This document shows, piece after piece, positions 63,487 through 64,000 of a stretch of 64,000 bases of DNA. The notes under the pieces are model-generated. The model had not been told where the DNA came from and did not search any database. It worked only from the letters and a program-made list of their open reading frames with translations. Numbering within the stretch: the stretch's first letter is position 1; each line of letters opens with the position of its first letter. A program made the position numbers and the translations under genes. Source of the stretch: Tilletiaria anomala UBC 951 (lineage: Eukaryota); the NCBI RefSeq assembly GCF_000711695.1, contig NW_013547015.1, positions 124,001 through 188,000 of the forward strand. The letters run 5' to 3'.

Positions 63487-64000
63487 GATGAACAGCTCTG
63501 ATAGGCGGCTCTGCAGTTCGTTCGCATTGATCCCCGTCCATGTGACGTGCAGATGGGCCTGCACCAACCACGCGGCAGCGAAACAGACCCGATAACCTCC
63601 TGTCCTGGAAGCAATCACTTTGCATGCAAGCACCGGCTGAGAGTGTTTGGGGTCGATTCGCAGTCTCCCGTATGTATAGTCCTGGTTACATTCACCAACG
63701 GGTTGTTTGATGAGGCGAGCCCATGCTACAGCACCGCCTGGCACAGACACTGGCAGTTCGCGTCACGCCTCGGAGAAAAGGAGAACGCGACCCGCTGACC
63801 CGCACTCTTTTCTCGGCCGAGTGAACCTAATACTATATCCATCCACCATATCCATGGCACTGCACTGGTGATGATCTGGAGCCTGGTTGCCTGGGGGCCT
63901 CAGGGAACAGGCTGGGCTTGCGTGCTGTCATGAACGTTGTGCTTCCCACACTGGCTCTATATATCTCCTCTCACAGAACCGGCGTCACCGCAAGTCGCAA

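Overview
Intron-rich eukaryotic DNA from a basidiomycete fungus. A smut-lineage (Ustilaginomycotina-like) origin is inferred from protein style and short GT-AG introns with CTRAC-type branch points; the species cannot be assigned from the sequence. The window holds about 19 intact protein genes: DMT transporter, secreted GPI-type globin-like protein, TBC Rab-GAP, mitochondrial uL14, MATH-BTB protein, eIF5, Qcr10, Caf40/Rcd1, Iws1, 2OG-Fe(II) oxygenase, cytochrome P450, C2H2 protein, HEN1, serine O-succinyl/homoserine O-acetyltransferase, fRMsr, TEA-domain factor, PEHE/Sas4-like protein, CDF zinc transporter, Apc10 and Sld2. It also holds one intron-containing tRNA-Arg(CCT) and a multiply disrupted OPT transporter pseudogene. 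No CRISPR, rRNA or recognisable transposon was seen. The main leads are a secreted, probably GPI-anchored protein with a truncated-haemoglobin-like motif, a 74-bp promoter tandem duplication in front of the P450, a candidate structured RNA in a long QCR10 intron, and poor-context uAUGs in the eIF5 leader. Exon models were read by eye and boundaries are approximate unless stated.
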